DNA of 64,000 bases from Octopus sinensis (Eukaryota), in assembly GCF_006345805.1 (NCBI RefSeq), contig NC_043023.1, positions 620,001-684,000 on the forward strand. The letters run 5' to 3'. Below, piece after piece: positions 11,975-23,067 of this stretch (positions are counted from its first letter, which is position 1; each line of letters opens with the position of its first letter). A model generated the notes under the pieces. It searched no databases. It saw only the letters and a program-made list of their open reading frames with translations, and was not told the origin of the DNA. Made by a program: the position numbers and the translations under genes.

Positions 11975-12405
11975 TCATTGCTTCCCAGCCACATGGACCC
12001 ATGTTCAGTTCCAATGCATAACACCTTGGGCAAATGTCTTCTACTAAAGTCTTGGACCAATGTCGTCTGCTGTAGCCTCGGGCTGACCAAAGCCTTGTGA
12101 GTGGATTTGGTAGACAGAAACTGAAAGAAGCCCATTGTGTGTGTGTGAATATATATGTAAGGTACCTGTGCTGGTGGTACATAAAAAGCACCATTCAAGC
12201 GTACCCAATGCCAGTGCCACCTGACCGGCATCTGTGCAACCTCCCAGCTTGTGTGAAATTGATAGAGATATCTCTGTATGTGTATGTGTATGTTTGTGTC
12301 TCTGTTTGTCTTCCATCACACTTGACAACTGATGTTGGTTTGTTTACATCTCTGTAACTTACCAGTTTGGCAAAAGAGACTGATAGAATAAGTACCAGGC
12401 TTTAC
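11975..12405 (+). mobile_element. Degenerate SINE-A with an RTE 3'-UTR fragment in its central microsatellite
   Basis: 5' half 11975-12140, insert ~12160-12255 (GCTGGTGGTACATAAAAAGCACC), 3' half 12290-12405. Confidence 0.7.
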
Positions 12406-12483
12406 AAAATACACGCACACACACACACACACACACACATACATATATATATCTATATCTATATCTATACCTACATACATACA

Positions 12484-12851
12484 TGGCACGTAAAAAGCAC
12501 CATTCAAACGTGATCGTTACCAGTGTTGCCTTAGTGTCACTTGTGCTGGTGGCAAGAGAAAAACATTCGAGCGAGGATGTTGCCAGTGCCACTGGACTGG
12601 CTCCTGTGCAGGTGGCACATAAAAAACACCACTTGAGTGTGGCCGTTGCCAGTACTGTCTGACTGGCCCTTGTGCCAGTGGCACATAAAAGCACCCACTA
12701 CACTCTTGGAGTAGTTGGTGTTAAGAAGGGCTGTAGAAACTCTACCAGATCAGATTGGAGCCTGGTGCAGCCATCTGGTTCACCTGTCCTCAGTCAAATT
12801 GTCCAACCCATGCTAGCATGAAAAGCGAACATTAAACGATGATGATGATGA

Positions 12852-12855
<4 letters not shown>
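12484..12855 (+). mobile_element. RTE LINE 3' UTR (5'-truncated) with tandem units and (GAT)n tail
   Basis: GTGGCACATAAAA-type units, GTCCAACCCATGCTAGCATG and ATTAAACGATGATGAT. Confidence 0.85.
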
Positions 12856-12885
<30 letters not shown>

Positions 12886-13494
12886 CAAATGATAAAATAT
12901 CTCTTTACCTTCACTCATTTAGTACACTAGGTACAATGTGATTGCAATGCAATAAAAAGCACTTGTGTATTAATAATTGGGTATTCTACCAACAGTATAT
13001 TGGATAGATATTATCTCTTAGTGGGTTGGATTCACAACCCCTAACTTTCTTGGAGTTATATATATATATATATATATATAACTGGGGTCAATTTGTTCAA
13101 CTGAAATGCTACTTCAAGTCAGTGCTCCAGCATGACCACGGTCTAGTGACTGGAACAAGTGAAAGATAGAAGTTAAAAGTTTAGCGTGCAGACAACGAAA
13201 ACAATACACGTGCGCACAGAGCGAGTGTTACACACCACAATCGTAAGCACATTACGAGTCTATAAACGACGACGGCACAGATTCTGAAAGTGAATTTGAA
13301 CAATGTAAATCAATTTAAACAGATGAAATGACTGAATGAGTCTCCTTCAAAGGAAAGCGATGTTCGAGTTACAATGGGGAGTCGTAACTGTGAATGGAGG
13401 AGGGATACGGATGACTGGCTGTTGACCTTCTTAATAAGAAGTTAATAGTGTCGGGTGGCTGTTTTATGAGATCAGGGTGGAAATAGGAGACGAG

Positions 13495-14060
13495 AGTGTA
13501 TGTGTATATATATGTGTGTGTGTGTTTATTTGTATGTGTGTCTAGGTATGCGTTTCTAGGTATGTGTGTATGTAAGTGCAGGTATGTATGTGTGTGTATG
13601 TGTGTATGTATGAATGTATGAATGTATATGTTTGCGAGTGTATATGTGTGTGTATGTATGTATGTGTGTGTATGAGTATGTGTGTATATGTATGTGTGCG
13701 TATGGATCTGTGTATATGTATGAACGTTTGTATGTATGTATCTATGTATGTGAGTATCTGTGTGTATATGGATGTGTGTATATGTATGTGTGTATATGTA
13801 TGTGTGTATATGTATATATGAGTGTTTGTATATATGTATGTATCTATGTATATGAGTATGTGTGTATGTGTATGTGTGTGTATGGATGTGTGTGCATATA
13901 TATGTGTATATATGTATGTATAAGCGTTTGTATGAATGTTTGTGTATATGTGAGCTTATATGTATATGTATGTGTGTGTATAGCTGTATGTAACTGTGTG
14001 TGTGTATGCACATGTATGTGTGTATGCATGTTTGTGTATATACATATTTGTATGTATCTT
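13495..14060. repeat. (TGTA)/(TG) cryptic microsatellite
   Basis: Direct reading. Confidence 0.9.
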
Positions 14061-14461
14061 AAAGCTCTTAGATAGACACGGATAACTAGCAAGCGTTGGC
14101 TGAAAACTATGCATCACAGACAAAGATTGCCAGGTCTAGATGCGGCATTTATAAGCAAAAACGAGTGGAGCACACTACACTCAACCATTCACTCCAACTT
14201 CATGACCGAGACTCAAAAGGAGAACCAGCAGAAATCTAGCTGGAAATGAAGGACAATGTATGAGGATGGTTCCTCCTCTCAAAAGCTGGATTGTTCGTCC
14301 ACTTAAACTCACAAGAACTAGAAGGAAATCAAGCAGTTTGCAAGATGGTTCTGCTGCCACATAAGACACAGCATATTTGTGATGAGGGTGACTGAAATTG
14401 CAAGTCAGCTGGTGACCTAAACAGGCATGGTGAAATACATGAGGCCACAATTCAGCCAGAA

Positions 14462-14740
14462 GATCATCATCTTTTAATGTCCTCCTTCCATGCTGGCATG
14501 GGTTGGACGGTTTGATAGGAGCTGGCCAGGTAGGAGCCTGTGTCTCTTTTGGCATGGTTTTTATGGCTGGATGCCCTTCCTAATGCCAACCACTTCGTAG
14601 AGTGGGCTGAATGCTTTCTATGTGGCACCAGCACAAGTGAGGTCAGTTTTGGCATGGTTTTCACAGCTGGTAGCACTCTAAATGCTAACCCCTTTACAGT
14701 GTGAATTGGGTGCTTTTTCAGTGACACCTACACTGGCAGA
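14462..14740 (-). mobile_element. RTE 3'-UTR-family fragment, diverged
   Basis: ATCATCATCTTTTAATGTCC..CCATGCTGGCATGGGTTGGACGG..GGATGCCCTTCCTAATGCCAACCAC. Confidence 0.8.
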
Positions 14741-14818
14741 GTCATCAGTGGCATTGCAAGTCAAAGAGTCTTTGAGAGTGGTGGCAGCAATGAGGAGGTG
14801 ATTTTGAGTGTGTGTGTA

Positions 14819-14884
<66 letters not shown>

Positions 14885-14933
14885 ACACACACACACAAAT
14901 AAAAAAATGTATATACACATGAATATATACACA

Positions 14934-15022
14934 CATGAGAGTGAGCTGAAAAGTTCCTGGCTTTAGGTAAAAGAAAATACAGGTGAATCAGTTAATTATG
15001 ATTTTATTCAATGTATTCCCTC
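14934..15022. mobile_element. Mariner-type MITE terminal fragment
   Basis: GCTGAAAAGTTCCTGGCTTT..AATTATGATTTTATTCAA resembles a mariner TIR plus 3' subterminal sequence; only one end is present. Confidence 0.55.
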
Positions 15023-15403
15023 TGTTATTGCCAGGCAATTACAGAGGAATTCAAGGCAAGTTGCCCCTGGGAGCTCCTCAATGCTGATGACATGGCCTTC
15101 ATAGCAGAATCACTACCAGAAATAGATAAGAAAATTCTGGTATGGAAGCATGGTTTAGAATCAAAAGGTCTTAGAGTCAATGTAGCAAAGACCAAAGTTC
15201 TAGTAAATAGGAAGGCAAACTAATCACACACACCTTTAGGTAGGTGGCCCTGCTCAATCTGTAGAAAAGGTGTAGGTAGAAACTCCATAAGATGTACCCA
15301 GTGTAAGCTATGGACACATAAGAGGTGCAGCAACATCAAAGGAAAATTAACTGAGAAGATAGCTTTCATGTGCGGCAGATACACAGTGGCAATAGACACC
15401 ACA
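15023..15403 (+). mobile_element. RTE LINE RT fragment with a PHD-like Cys/His module
   Basis: CPWELLNADDMAFIAES...GLESKGLRVNVAKTKVL, a stop, then WPCSICRKGVGRNSIRCTQCKLWTHKRCS. Confidence 0.88.
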
Positions 15404-15404
15404 G

Positions 15405-15860
15405 ATACTCAGAAGCCTAATTTCTCAAGATTGGTATTCAGGCAGTGTGTTACATATCCCAGGGACTCAATAATTACAGGTATAAACCTGGACTTGTAAT
15501 CTGGATAGAGTAATTGCAAATTTCTCAATAGTTCAGCATAGGTGTTCTCTTTTTCACTGATCTTCAGCTTTATGTTAACATCTGCTGGGTACCTGATTTC
15601 CACAACTGTGCACAGTTTCTCTTCTCTATCCCATATCATTATATCGGGTCTGTTGTGCTTACATTTTATTGAGGTCTTCACTGGGACATTCCACCAGTAT
15701 TACTTTTTATTATGATTGGCTGTGGCTTCTTCTATATTGTGGGTTTTTATTCTTTGTCTTTGGGGTTATCCTTCCGACAGATTTCATTATAGAGTGTCGT
15801 AACTACAACATCATGTGTCATCGGTAGATAATACCTTGATGACATTTTCGGAAAACTGCT
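15405..15860 (-). mobile_element. C-terminus of a restriction-like-endonuclease (REL) non-LTR retrotransposon, R4/NeSL-like
   Basis: HNRPDIMIWDREEKLCTVVEI.YPADVN..K..EKENTYAELLRNLQLLYP....IPVIIESLGY is a PD-(D/E)xK REL signature; the upstream frame gives CPKMSSRYYLPMTHDVV (RHD-like motif after the zinc knuckle). Confidence 0.82.
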
Positions 15861-16590
15861 TATGATGTGCGTATATGTATGTATGTATGTATGTGTGCAT
15901 ATGTGTGCAAATACATTTGTGTGTGTAACTGGTAGAATAAGAACTAGGCTTTAAAAATAAATTCAGGGGTCAACTTGTTTGACTAAAAGCCCTTCAAGGA
16001 AGTGCTCCAGAATGACGACAGTCAAATGACTGAAACAATTTAAAAAAAGACAGAAAATAAAAGCATATACACATACATATACATAAACACCAACATATAT
16101 ATACACATCTTCAGCAGCTTTTTAAGTTTACTAAACTCCTGATGTATATTTACGGGGTGTAGAGGCACCATACACATACATACACCCACAACACACACAT
16201 ACACATTTAAACATATATACACACATCCACACAACATAAAACCCAGCATCTATGTTTTTATACACACATCAACTTTCCCTACCATAACTATACACACAGT
16301 AATACGTCTAACCTCTCTTGGCCTTTTCTACACACAGTGCAACTGTATACTCTGTATATACACACCTAGATACGGGCTTTGACCTCTGTGTCGATATACA
16401 CACCCAGCTGTATACATCAGCACCAAGACCAACCTATCATCGGATGTAATTTGATTTTTTAATTACTGCCAAATGTAAGAAGGGAATTGGTTAGTTCCCA
16501 TTTCTGTGTGTGTGTGTGTATTTGGGTGTCTGTGTATGTTTGTATGTATATATGTGGACGTGTAGATGTATGTGTGTGCATGTCTGTTTT

Positions 16591-16638
<48 letters not shown>

Positions 16639-17184
16639 CACACACACACACACACACGCATGTGAATGACTATGTATCTGTGTGTGTGTATATGGGTGTG
16701 TATATGGGTGTGTATATGTGTGTGTATATGCATGTATGTGTGTATACATGGATCTATGGCTATATATGTAGACATGATAAGAGCCTCTCATTGCATTATC
16801 AATGACTCATTTCAATGATTCTTTCTAGCAAAAGCTTTGCCTGTCTATGAGAAAGGCAGCCACTACATATACATACATACAAATATATATATATAAGCAC
16901 ATACCTACACACACATACACATATCCATACTCACACTGAATTTTTAGCTACTCTATGTTGCAATGAAATCTGAGAGCACACGCACAAAAGCACATGCTTA
17001 TATAAGCACACACAACTGCATACACACACACACACACACACACACATTATGACACTACAAACTGAACCAAACGACAAACAATGAAAAAGAAATTTAAAAA
17101 TGAAATATATATTATAATGATGGAAAATATATTTTATATTGACCTCTATATATATATATATATAAACATATATATATATATATA

Positions 17185-18054
17185 AATCAAATCAAATCAA
17201 ATCAAATCAAATCAAAATAGACAAAATAGATGAACATCAATGGAATTTGTATCTTGTGGTACCAGTGCCTGTGGTACCAGTGCCTGTGGTACCAGTGCCT
17301 GTGGCACACAAGAAATCCATCAGTGCTGTAGTCAGTGCGGTGGGCACATGACAAACACCATCCGATCGTGGCCGTTCGCCAGCCTCATCTAGCACCTGTG
17401 TCGGTGGCACATAAAAACACCATCCGAAGACCCGGCAAGACTAGTCAGGCCATAACCCATGGCCCCTACCTGGGACGTAGTCAGTCCACCTGTGCATACC
17501 TTCCTTCTTGTGACACTTGTGAAGACCTGTTGAGGCAAGTGAAAATCAAATCAAAACAAATCAAAATAGATGAACATCAATGGAATTTGTATCTTGTGGT
17601 ACCAGTGCCGGTGGCACGTGGCACACAATAAAACCATCCGAACGTGGCCGTAGCCAGTACCGCATCGACTGGCCTCCGTGCTGTGGCACGTAACAAGCAC
17701 CATCCGATCGTGGCCGTTTGCCAGCCTCATCTGGCACCTGTGTCGGTGGCACATAAAAACACCATCCGAGCGTGGCCGTCTGCCAGCCTCGTCTGGCACC
17801 TGTATCGGTGGCACATAAAAAACACCATCCGAGCGTGGCCGTTTGCCAGCCTCGTCTGGCACCTGTGTCGGTGGCACATAAAATCACCCACTACACTCTC
17901 AGAGTGGTTGGCGTTAGGAAGGGCATCCAGCTGTAGAAACACTGCCAGATCTGACTGGACTGGTGCAGCTTTCGGGCTCCCCAGACCCCAGTTGAACCGT
18001 CCAACCCATGCTAGCATGAAAAGCGGACGTTAAATGATGATGATGATGATGATG
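17185..18054 (+). mobile_element. RTE LINE 3' UTR, partially duplicated, with ~62-bp tandem units and (GAT)n tail
   Basis: (AATCA)n-AAATAGATGAACATCAATGG occurs twice (~17185, ~17545); CATCCGA anchors at ~17635, 17701, 17763 and 17826; tail GGACGTTAAATGATGAT. Confidence 0.9.
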
Positions 18055-18099
18055 ATATATATATATGTATATATTGGCTTAAGAGCTCTCATCATTTGT

Positions 18100-18425
18100 T
18101 TTTACCGTGTTATTCTCTTTGTTTTGTCATTTACTGTTTTTATTTGTATTATTTTTACTGTCTTGTTTTGTTCTCACTGTCCTGTTCTTGTTACCACTTT
18201 CACCCTCCGCCAAAAATCCCAAATTTTATTAAATTTGCTTTGCGGGAAGGACTGTTTCAACGAAGTCGCGTCTTGTCCTTACCTTGGAGTAGACGAAACA
18301 GGGACAACTGAAGAAGGGGAATATTCCTTGTGTTGTATGTCTTGTACTCTGTTAAGTTCGCTTCCATGTTTTTGGTTTTGTTTTCGCTTCTCATTGTGTT
18401 CCACGTTTTTTTGATGTCCTGTACC
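18100..18425. mobile_element. Unclassified interspersed repeat, related to 20915-21350
   Basis: Shares AAATTTTATT(A/C)AATTTGCTTTG(C/T)GGGA and a terminal TG(A/T)(C/T)(A/G)TCCTGTACC-like end with the 21121 copy. Confidence 0.55.
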
Positions 18426-18530
18426 CAGATATGCATGTATATATACATATAGAAGTAGGTATGTACATATATGTATGTATATATGCATATATCTATATAT
18501 TATTTATATATGTATATTTATATATATAGA

Positions 18531-18693
18531 AGCAGGAGTGGCTGCGTGGTAAGTAGCTTGCTTACCAACAACATGGTTCCGGGTTCAGTCCCACTGCATG
18601 GCGCTTTGGGCAAGTGTCTTCTACTATGGTCTTGGGCCGACCATATCCTTGTGAATGGATTTGGTAAATGGAAACTGAAAGAAGCCTGTCGTA

Positions 18694-18756
<63 letters not shown>

Positions 18757-19030
18757 GTGTGTGTGTGTGTGTATGTAGGTATGTATGTATGTATGTATGT
18801 ATGTATGTATATGTTTGTGTGTCTGTGTTTGTACCCCCAACATCGCTTAACAACCAATGCTGGTGTGTTTACGTCCACGTAACTTAGGGGTTTGGTAAGA
18901 GAGACTGATAGGATAAGTCCTAGGCTTACAAAGAATAATTCCTGGGGTTGGTTTGCTTGACTAAAGGCGGTGCTCCAGCATGGCCACAGTCAAATGACTG
19001 AAATAAATAAAAGAGTAAAAGAAAAAGAAA
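18531..19030 (+). mobile_element. SINE-A, full length
   Basis: A-box TGGCTGCGTGGTAAG, B-box GGTTCAGTCCC, TTGGGCAAGTGTCTTC, long internal (TA)n(TG)n(TATG)n, AAAAGAGTAAAAG tail. Confidence 0.93.
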
Positions 19031-19039
19031 TATATATAT

Positions 19040-19213
19040 TCTTGTATTTGTCTCAGTCATTTGACTGTTGCTATGTTGGGGCACCGCCTTTAGTCGAACA
19101 AGCAGTCCCCAGCCTAGTACTTAATCTGTTGCTCTCTTTTGCTGAACCGCTAAGTTACGGGGACATAAGCACACCAATATCAATTGTCAAGCGATGATGG
19201 AAGAACAAACACA

Positions 19214-19263
<50 letters not shown>

Positions 19264-19638
19264 AATATATATATATGTATATATATATATTTCCTCTGTC
19301 TTCCTTTCTCTGGATCTTTCCTTTTCCTATGTTTCCGACGAAGAGATCCACTCGAGACATTAAACTCTCCTTCTTCCCTTCTTTCCTGAGCGTCCAATAA
19401 TACTATATTTGTTCCACATCCTCGCGTTGTTGTGTTTTTTTGTGCTTTCATGTTTGGATTAACTTTATATATATACAATGGGCTTCTTTCAGTTTCCGTC
19501 TACCAAATCCACTCACAAGGCTTTGGTTGGCCTGGGGATATAGTAGAAGAGACTTGCCCAAGGTGTCATGCAGTGGTACTGAACCCAGAACCACGTGGTT
19601 GGGAAGCAAGCTACTTACCACACAGCCACACCTGCACC
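19040..19638 (-). mobile_element. SINE-A, split by an insertion in its microsatellite
   Basis: 3' half 19040-19230, foreign segment 19291-19470, 5' half 19475-19638. Confidence 0.85.
19291..19470 (+). mobile_element. One arm of a Penelope-like non-autonomous repeat with a decayed hammerhead-like core
   Basis: CCGACGA-A-GAG-ATCCA-CTC-GAGA-CATT-A at 19335-19362 has the same layout as the arms at 41803-41897. Confidence 0.45.
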
Positions 19639-19991
19639 TTATCCATGTTAAGAAAGATATATATAGGATGCTGGAAGGACAGATAACTTTAAAGAAATTC
19701 AGCACAAACTGAACTTCATCTAATCTGAAATTTTGGCACTTATCATTTGGTCCTTAAAAAGCAATAAAATGTTTGAGAGAGTCTGAGGAATTCTGAGAGA
19801 CAAGAGGGAATTTTTGAAATCAAAGAACTTAGAATTTTACCATGCACTTGTAGTTAAGGAGGTTGCTATGCAAGTAGATGTCTGACACTTTAGGCACGTG
19901 TCTTCTACTCTAGTTCTAGGCTAACCAATGCCATGGGAGTGAATTTATTTTACAGAAACTGTGAGGAAGCCCATTTTATATATAACTATAC

Positions 19992-20396
19992 ACGTAGGAG
20001 TGGCTGTGTGGTAAGTAACATGCTAACCAACCACATGGTTCTGGGTTCAGTCCCACTGCATGGCATCTTGGGCAGGTGTCTTCTGCTATAGCCCCAGGCT
20101 GACCAATGCCTTGTGAGTTGATTTGGTAGACAGAAACTGAAAGAAGCCTGTCATATATATGTATATATATATATGTATGTGTGTGTATATTTGTGTGTCT
20201 GTGTTTGTCCCCCTAGCTTGACAACCGATGATGGTGTGTTTACGTCCTCGTCACTTAGCGGTTCAGCAAAAGAAAACAATAGAATAAGTACTGGGCTTAC
20301 AAAGAATAAGTCCCGGAATCAATTTGCTTGACTAAAGGTGGTGCTCCAGCATGGCCGCAGTCAAATGACTGAAACAAGTAAAAGAGTAAAAGAGTA
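19992..20396 (+). mobile_element. SINE-A, full length
   Basis: A and B boxes, internal microsatellite, (GAGTAAAA)n tail. Confidence 0.93.
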
Positions 20397-20429
<33 letters not shown>

Positions 20430-20745
20430 TATATTAAACTTTTAATACTTTTTGATAGTTATATAAATAAATAATAAAAATAAAAATAAATATATATATA
20501 TATATATATATAAATTTATAAAAATAAATTATAATTTAAAATTTTTAACTATGTCCAACCCATGCTAGCATGGAAAACAGACGCTAAACGATGATGATGA
20601 TGATGATGATGAAATTTATATTTTGAATTTTGTATTTTATATATCTTATATATTATATTAATTATTTTTATTTCTATGTTTTGATTTATGTTTTCACTGT
20701 TTGATTTGCCTAATAGTGGTTTTATTTCTAATTTAATTTATATAT
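20430..20745. mobile_element. AT-rich ~300-bp interspersed repeat, inverted copy of 30012-30290, with an RTE tail inserted at 20553-20611
   Basis: TGTTTTCACTGTTTGATTTGCC..TGGTTTTATTTCTAATTT is the reverse complement of AAATTAGAAATAAAACCA..GGCAAATCAAACAGTGAAAA; the other end also matches. Confidence 0.65.
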
Positions 20746-20798
20746 ATATATATAAAATGGGCTTCCTCACAGTTTCTGTGAAATAAATTATATATATA

Positions 20799-20905
20799 GG
20801 CACATGAGTGGCTGTGTAGTAAGTATCTTGCTTACCAACCACATAATTCTGGGTTCACTCCTGCTGCATGGCACATTGGGCAAGTGTCTTCTACTGTTGC
20901 CTCAC
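20799..20905 (+). mobile_element. SINE-A 5' fragment
   Basis: GAGTGGCTGTGTAGTAAG...TGGGCAAGTGTCTTCTACT. Confidence 0.8.
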
Positions 20906-20914
20906 GTTGCCTCC

Positions 20915-21350
20915 ATGTGACCACCGGCTATTCTCCTAACTTGTGTTTTTCTTTCTTTCTTCCTGCTTCAGCTCGACAGTGAAGACGTACTGTTCTCTGT
21001 CTCCTGTCCAGGCTTGTTTCTTCATGTTCACCACCACAATATCATCTAGGCTTAGCAGCCCTTCTTGTTTGTTTTCGCTGTCCTGTTTTTGTCACCAATC
21101 TTGTCCCTCTGCATGATTGCAAATTTTATTCAATTTGCTTTGTGGGAGCAACTGTTTTATCGAAGGCGTATCTTATCGCGAATTGCTTGAAATACGGATT
21201 AGGAAAACAGCCGACAACCGATGAAGGGTCGTTCCTAGTGTTGCTTGTCTTGTTTTCCTTTTGTTTCTGTCATTGCTTGCATAAAAATGTCCTTATACCA
21301 TGTCCTCGTACTTCTTATTTTTTGTTGTTTATGTTTTGTGACATCCTGTA
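20915..21350. mobile_element. Unclassified interspersed repeat, related to 18100-18425
   Basis: Shared motif at 21121 (see the 18100 entry). Confidence 0.5.
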
Positions 21351-21627
21351 CCGACATATGCATATGTATATATATAAACATGCAAGTATGTATGTATACA
21401 TATGTATATATGCGTATGTATATATGTGTGTGTGTGTGTGAGAGAGACTATGTTTGTCTCAACCACCGATGTTGGTGTGTTTACTTCCCTGTAACTTAGT
21501 GGTTTGGCAAAAGGGACCGATAGGATAAGCACTAGATTTACAAAGAATAACACCTGATATCAATTTGTTCAACTAACAGCAGTGGTCCAGCTTGGCTGCA
21601 GTCAAATGGCTGATATATATATATATA

Positions 21628-22140
21628 CTAGCAGTATCGCCTGGCGTTGCTCGGGTTTGTAAGGGAAATAACTATATAAGCATTTTTAGAGAGTTACTTC
21701 CCTTATAGATGCCAATTCGGGCTTTCTTAGCCATTTCTGTTTTGGTGTCTTCAAGCCATGAAGTCGTTGTTCTAAAAGAACGCTGGTCTCCTTGACAACG
21801 CATTACGATGTTGATTTCCTTACACTCCCTTCCCCACAGCTTCACGAGGGAAGGAAGAAGGGGGAGAAGCAAACAGGTGCAGGTGTGACCATGGACGCCA
21901 ACTCCGCCGCCATCGACACACGAAAAATTATGCATTAAAATGGAATAAAAAATGATGTTAAATTATTGTTAAAATCGTAGACTCATCGTAGACGCGCGCT
22001 AATAGCCAGACGGGCTCGATATGAATCACGACTATAAGATACCCGAATTTGGTTAAACTGCACCGCAAAATGTGGGAGTAGTTAGGAATCTAAATCGAAG
22101 GGGACAGACACTCACACAACTACAGTTTTATATATATAGA
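21628..22140 (-). mobile_element. Complete non-autonomous Helitron, 513 bp
   Basis: Minus strand starts TC (TCTATATATATAAAA...), ends CTAG, sits between host A and T, and has the subterminal hairpin CCCGAGCAACGCCAGG about 10 nt before CTAG; no TSD. Confidence 0.85.
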
Positions 22141-22152
22141 TATATATACATA

Positions 22153-22460
22153 CACAATGGGCTTCTTTCAGTTTCTGTCCACCAAATCCACTCACAATGC
22201 TTTGGTCAGCCCTAAGGACTGAACCCAGAATCATGTAGTTAAGAAACAAGCTTCTTACCATACAGCCACTTCTATATCTGTGTGTGAGTTTTTGAGCCTG
22301 TGTTTGTCCCCCACCGTTGTATCTTAGCGGTTTGGTAAAAGGAATCCAATAGAATAAGAACTAGGTTTAAAAACTACAGGCTGGGGTTGATTTGTTCAAC
22401 TAAAACCCCTTAAAGTGGTGCTCCAGCATGGCTGCAGTCAAATCACTGAAAGAAGCAAAA
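22153..22460. mobile_element. SINE-A 5' half (minus) abutting a SINE-A 3' half (plus)
   Basis: 22153-22272 is the reverse complement of the head and core; 22290-22460 is the forward tail. Confidence 0.75.
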
Positions 22461-22632
22461 GTGTATATAAACATACACACATATACAAGAGAGAGTGAGA
22501 AAGAGATTCCTATAGATGTACATGTGTATGTGTATATATGTATGTGTTTGTATAGAGATATGTATATGTGTATATATATCTATATATATATAAATGTGTG
22601 TATGTATCTATAGACGTGTGTATCTATCCATC

Positions 22633-22697
<65 letters not shown>

Positions 22698-23067
22698 TGT
22701 ATATGTAGGTGTGTGTGTGTGTGCGTGTGTGTGTGCATATACCTATACATATATATATAAATTTACGCGTATCTCAGCATATCTCAAATGTACGAACATT
22801 GGATGGGAACTTGGAGAATGTCTGCTGCTTGCATACTTTTAAAAATGTCTTTCAGAATTTTGAAATTGCTTTCTCTCAAGGTTATGATGTCTGAGAAATA
22901 TGTTTTGTTCTGTAACTGTGGGAGCAGACCTGGCTGTATAGAGATAAGAAGCTCACTTTGAAAACATGGGGTTTCAGGTTCAACCCCACTGTGTGCATTT
23001 GGTAAAGTGTTGTCCCCTATAACCCAGAGCCAACCCATACTTTACAAACATGTTGTGTGTGTGTGTG

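Noticed and set aside
14080-14460. Unique-looking segment with a 124-aa minus ORF
   Set aside because: The ORF begins in an RTE UTR fragment and I could not match any frame to a known protein or TE.
17635-17890. Regularly spaced ~62-bp repeats as a CRISPR array
   Set aside because: Whole units are repeated with no unique spacers; they lie in an RTE 3' UTR, in eukaryotic context with no cas genes.
18295-18330. GAAAC...CTGAAGA-GGAATATTCC as a hammerhead
   Set aside because: Only 8 nt between GAAAC and CUGAAGA and no GAAA after the hairpin; the topology cannot form.
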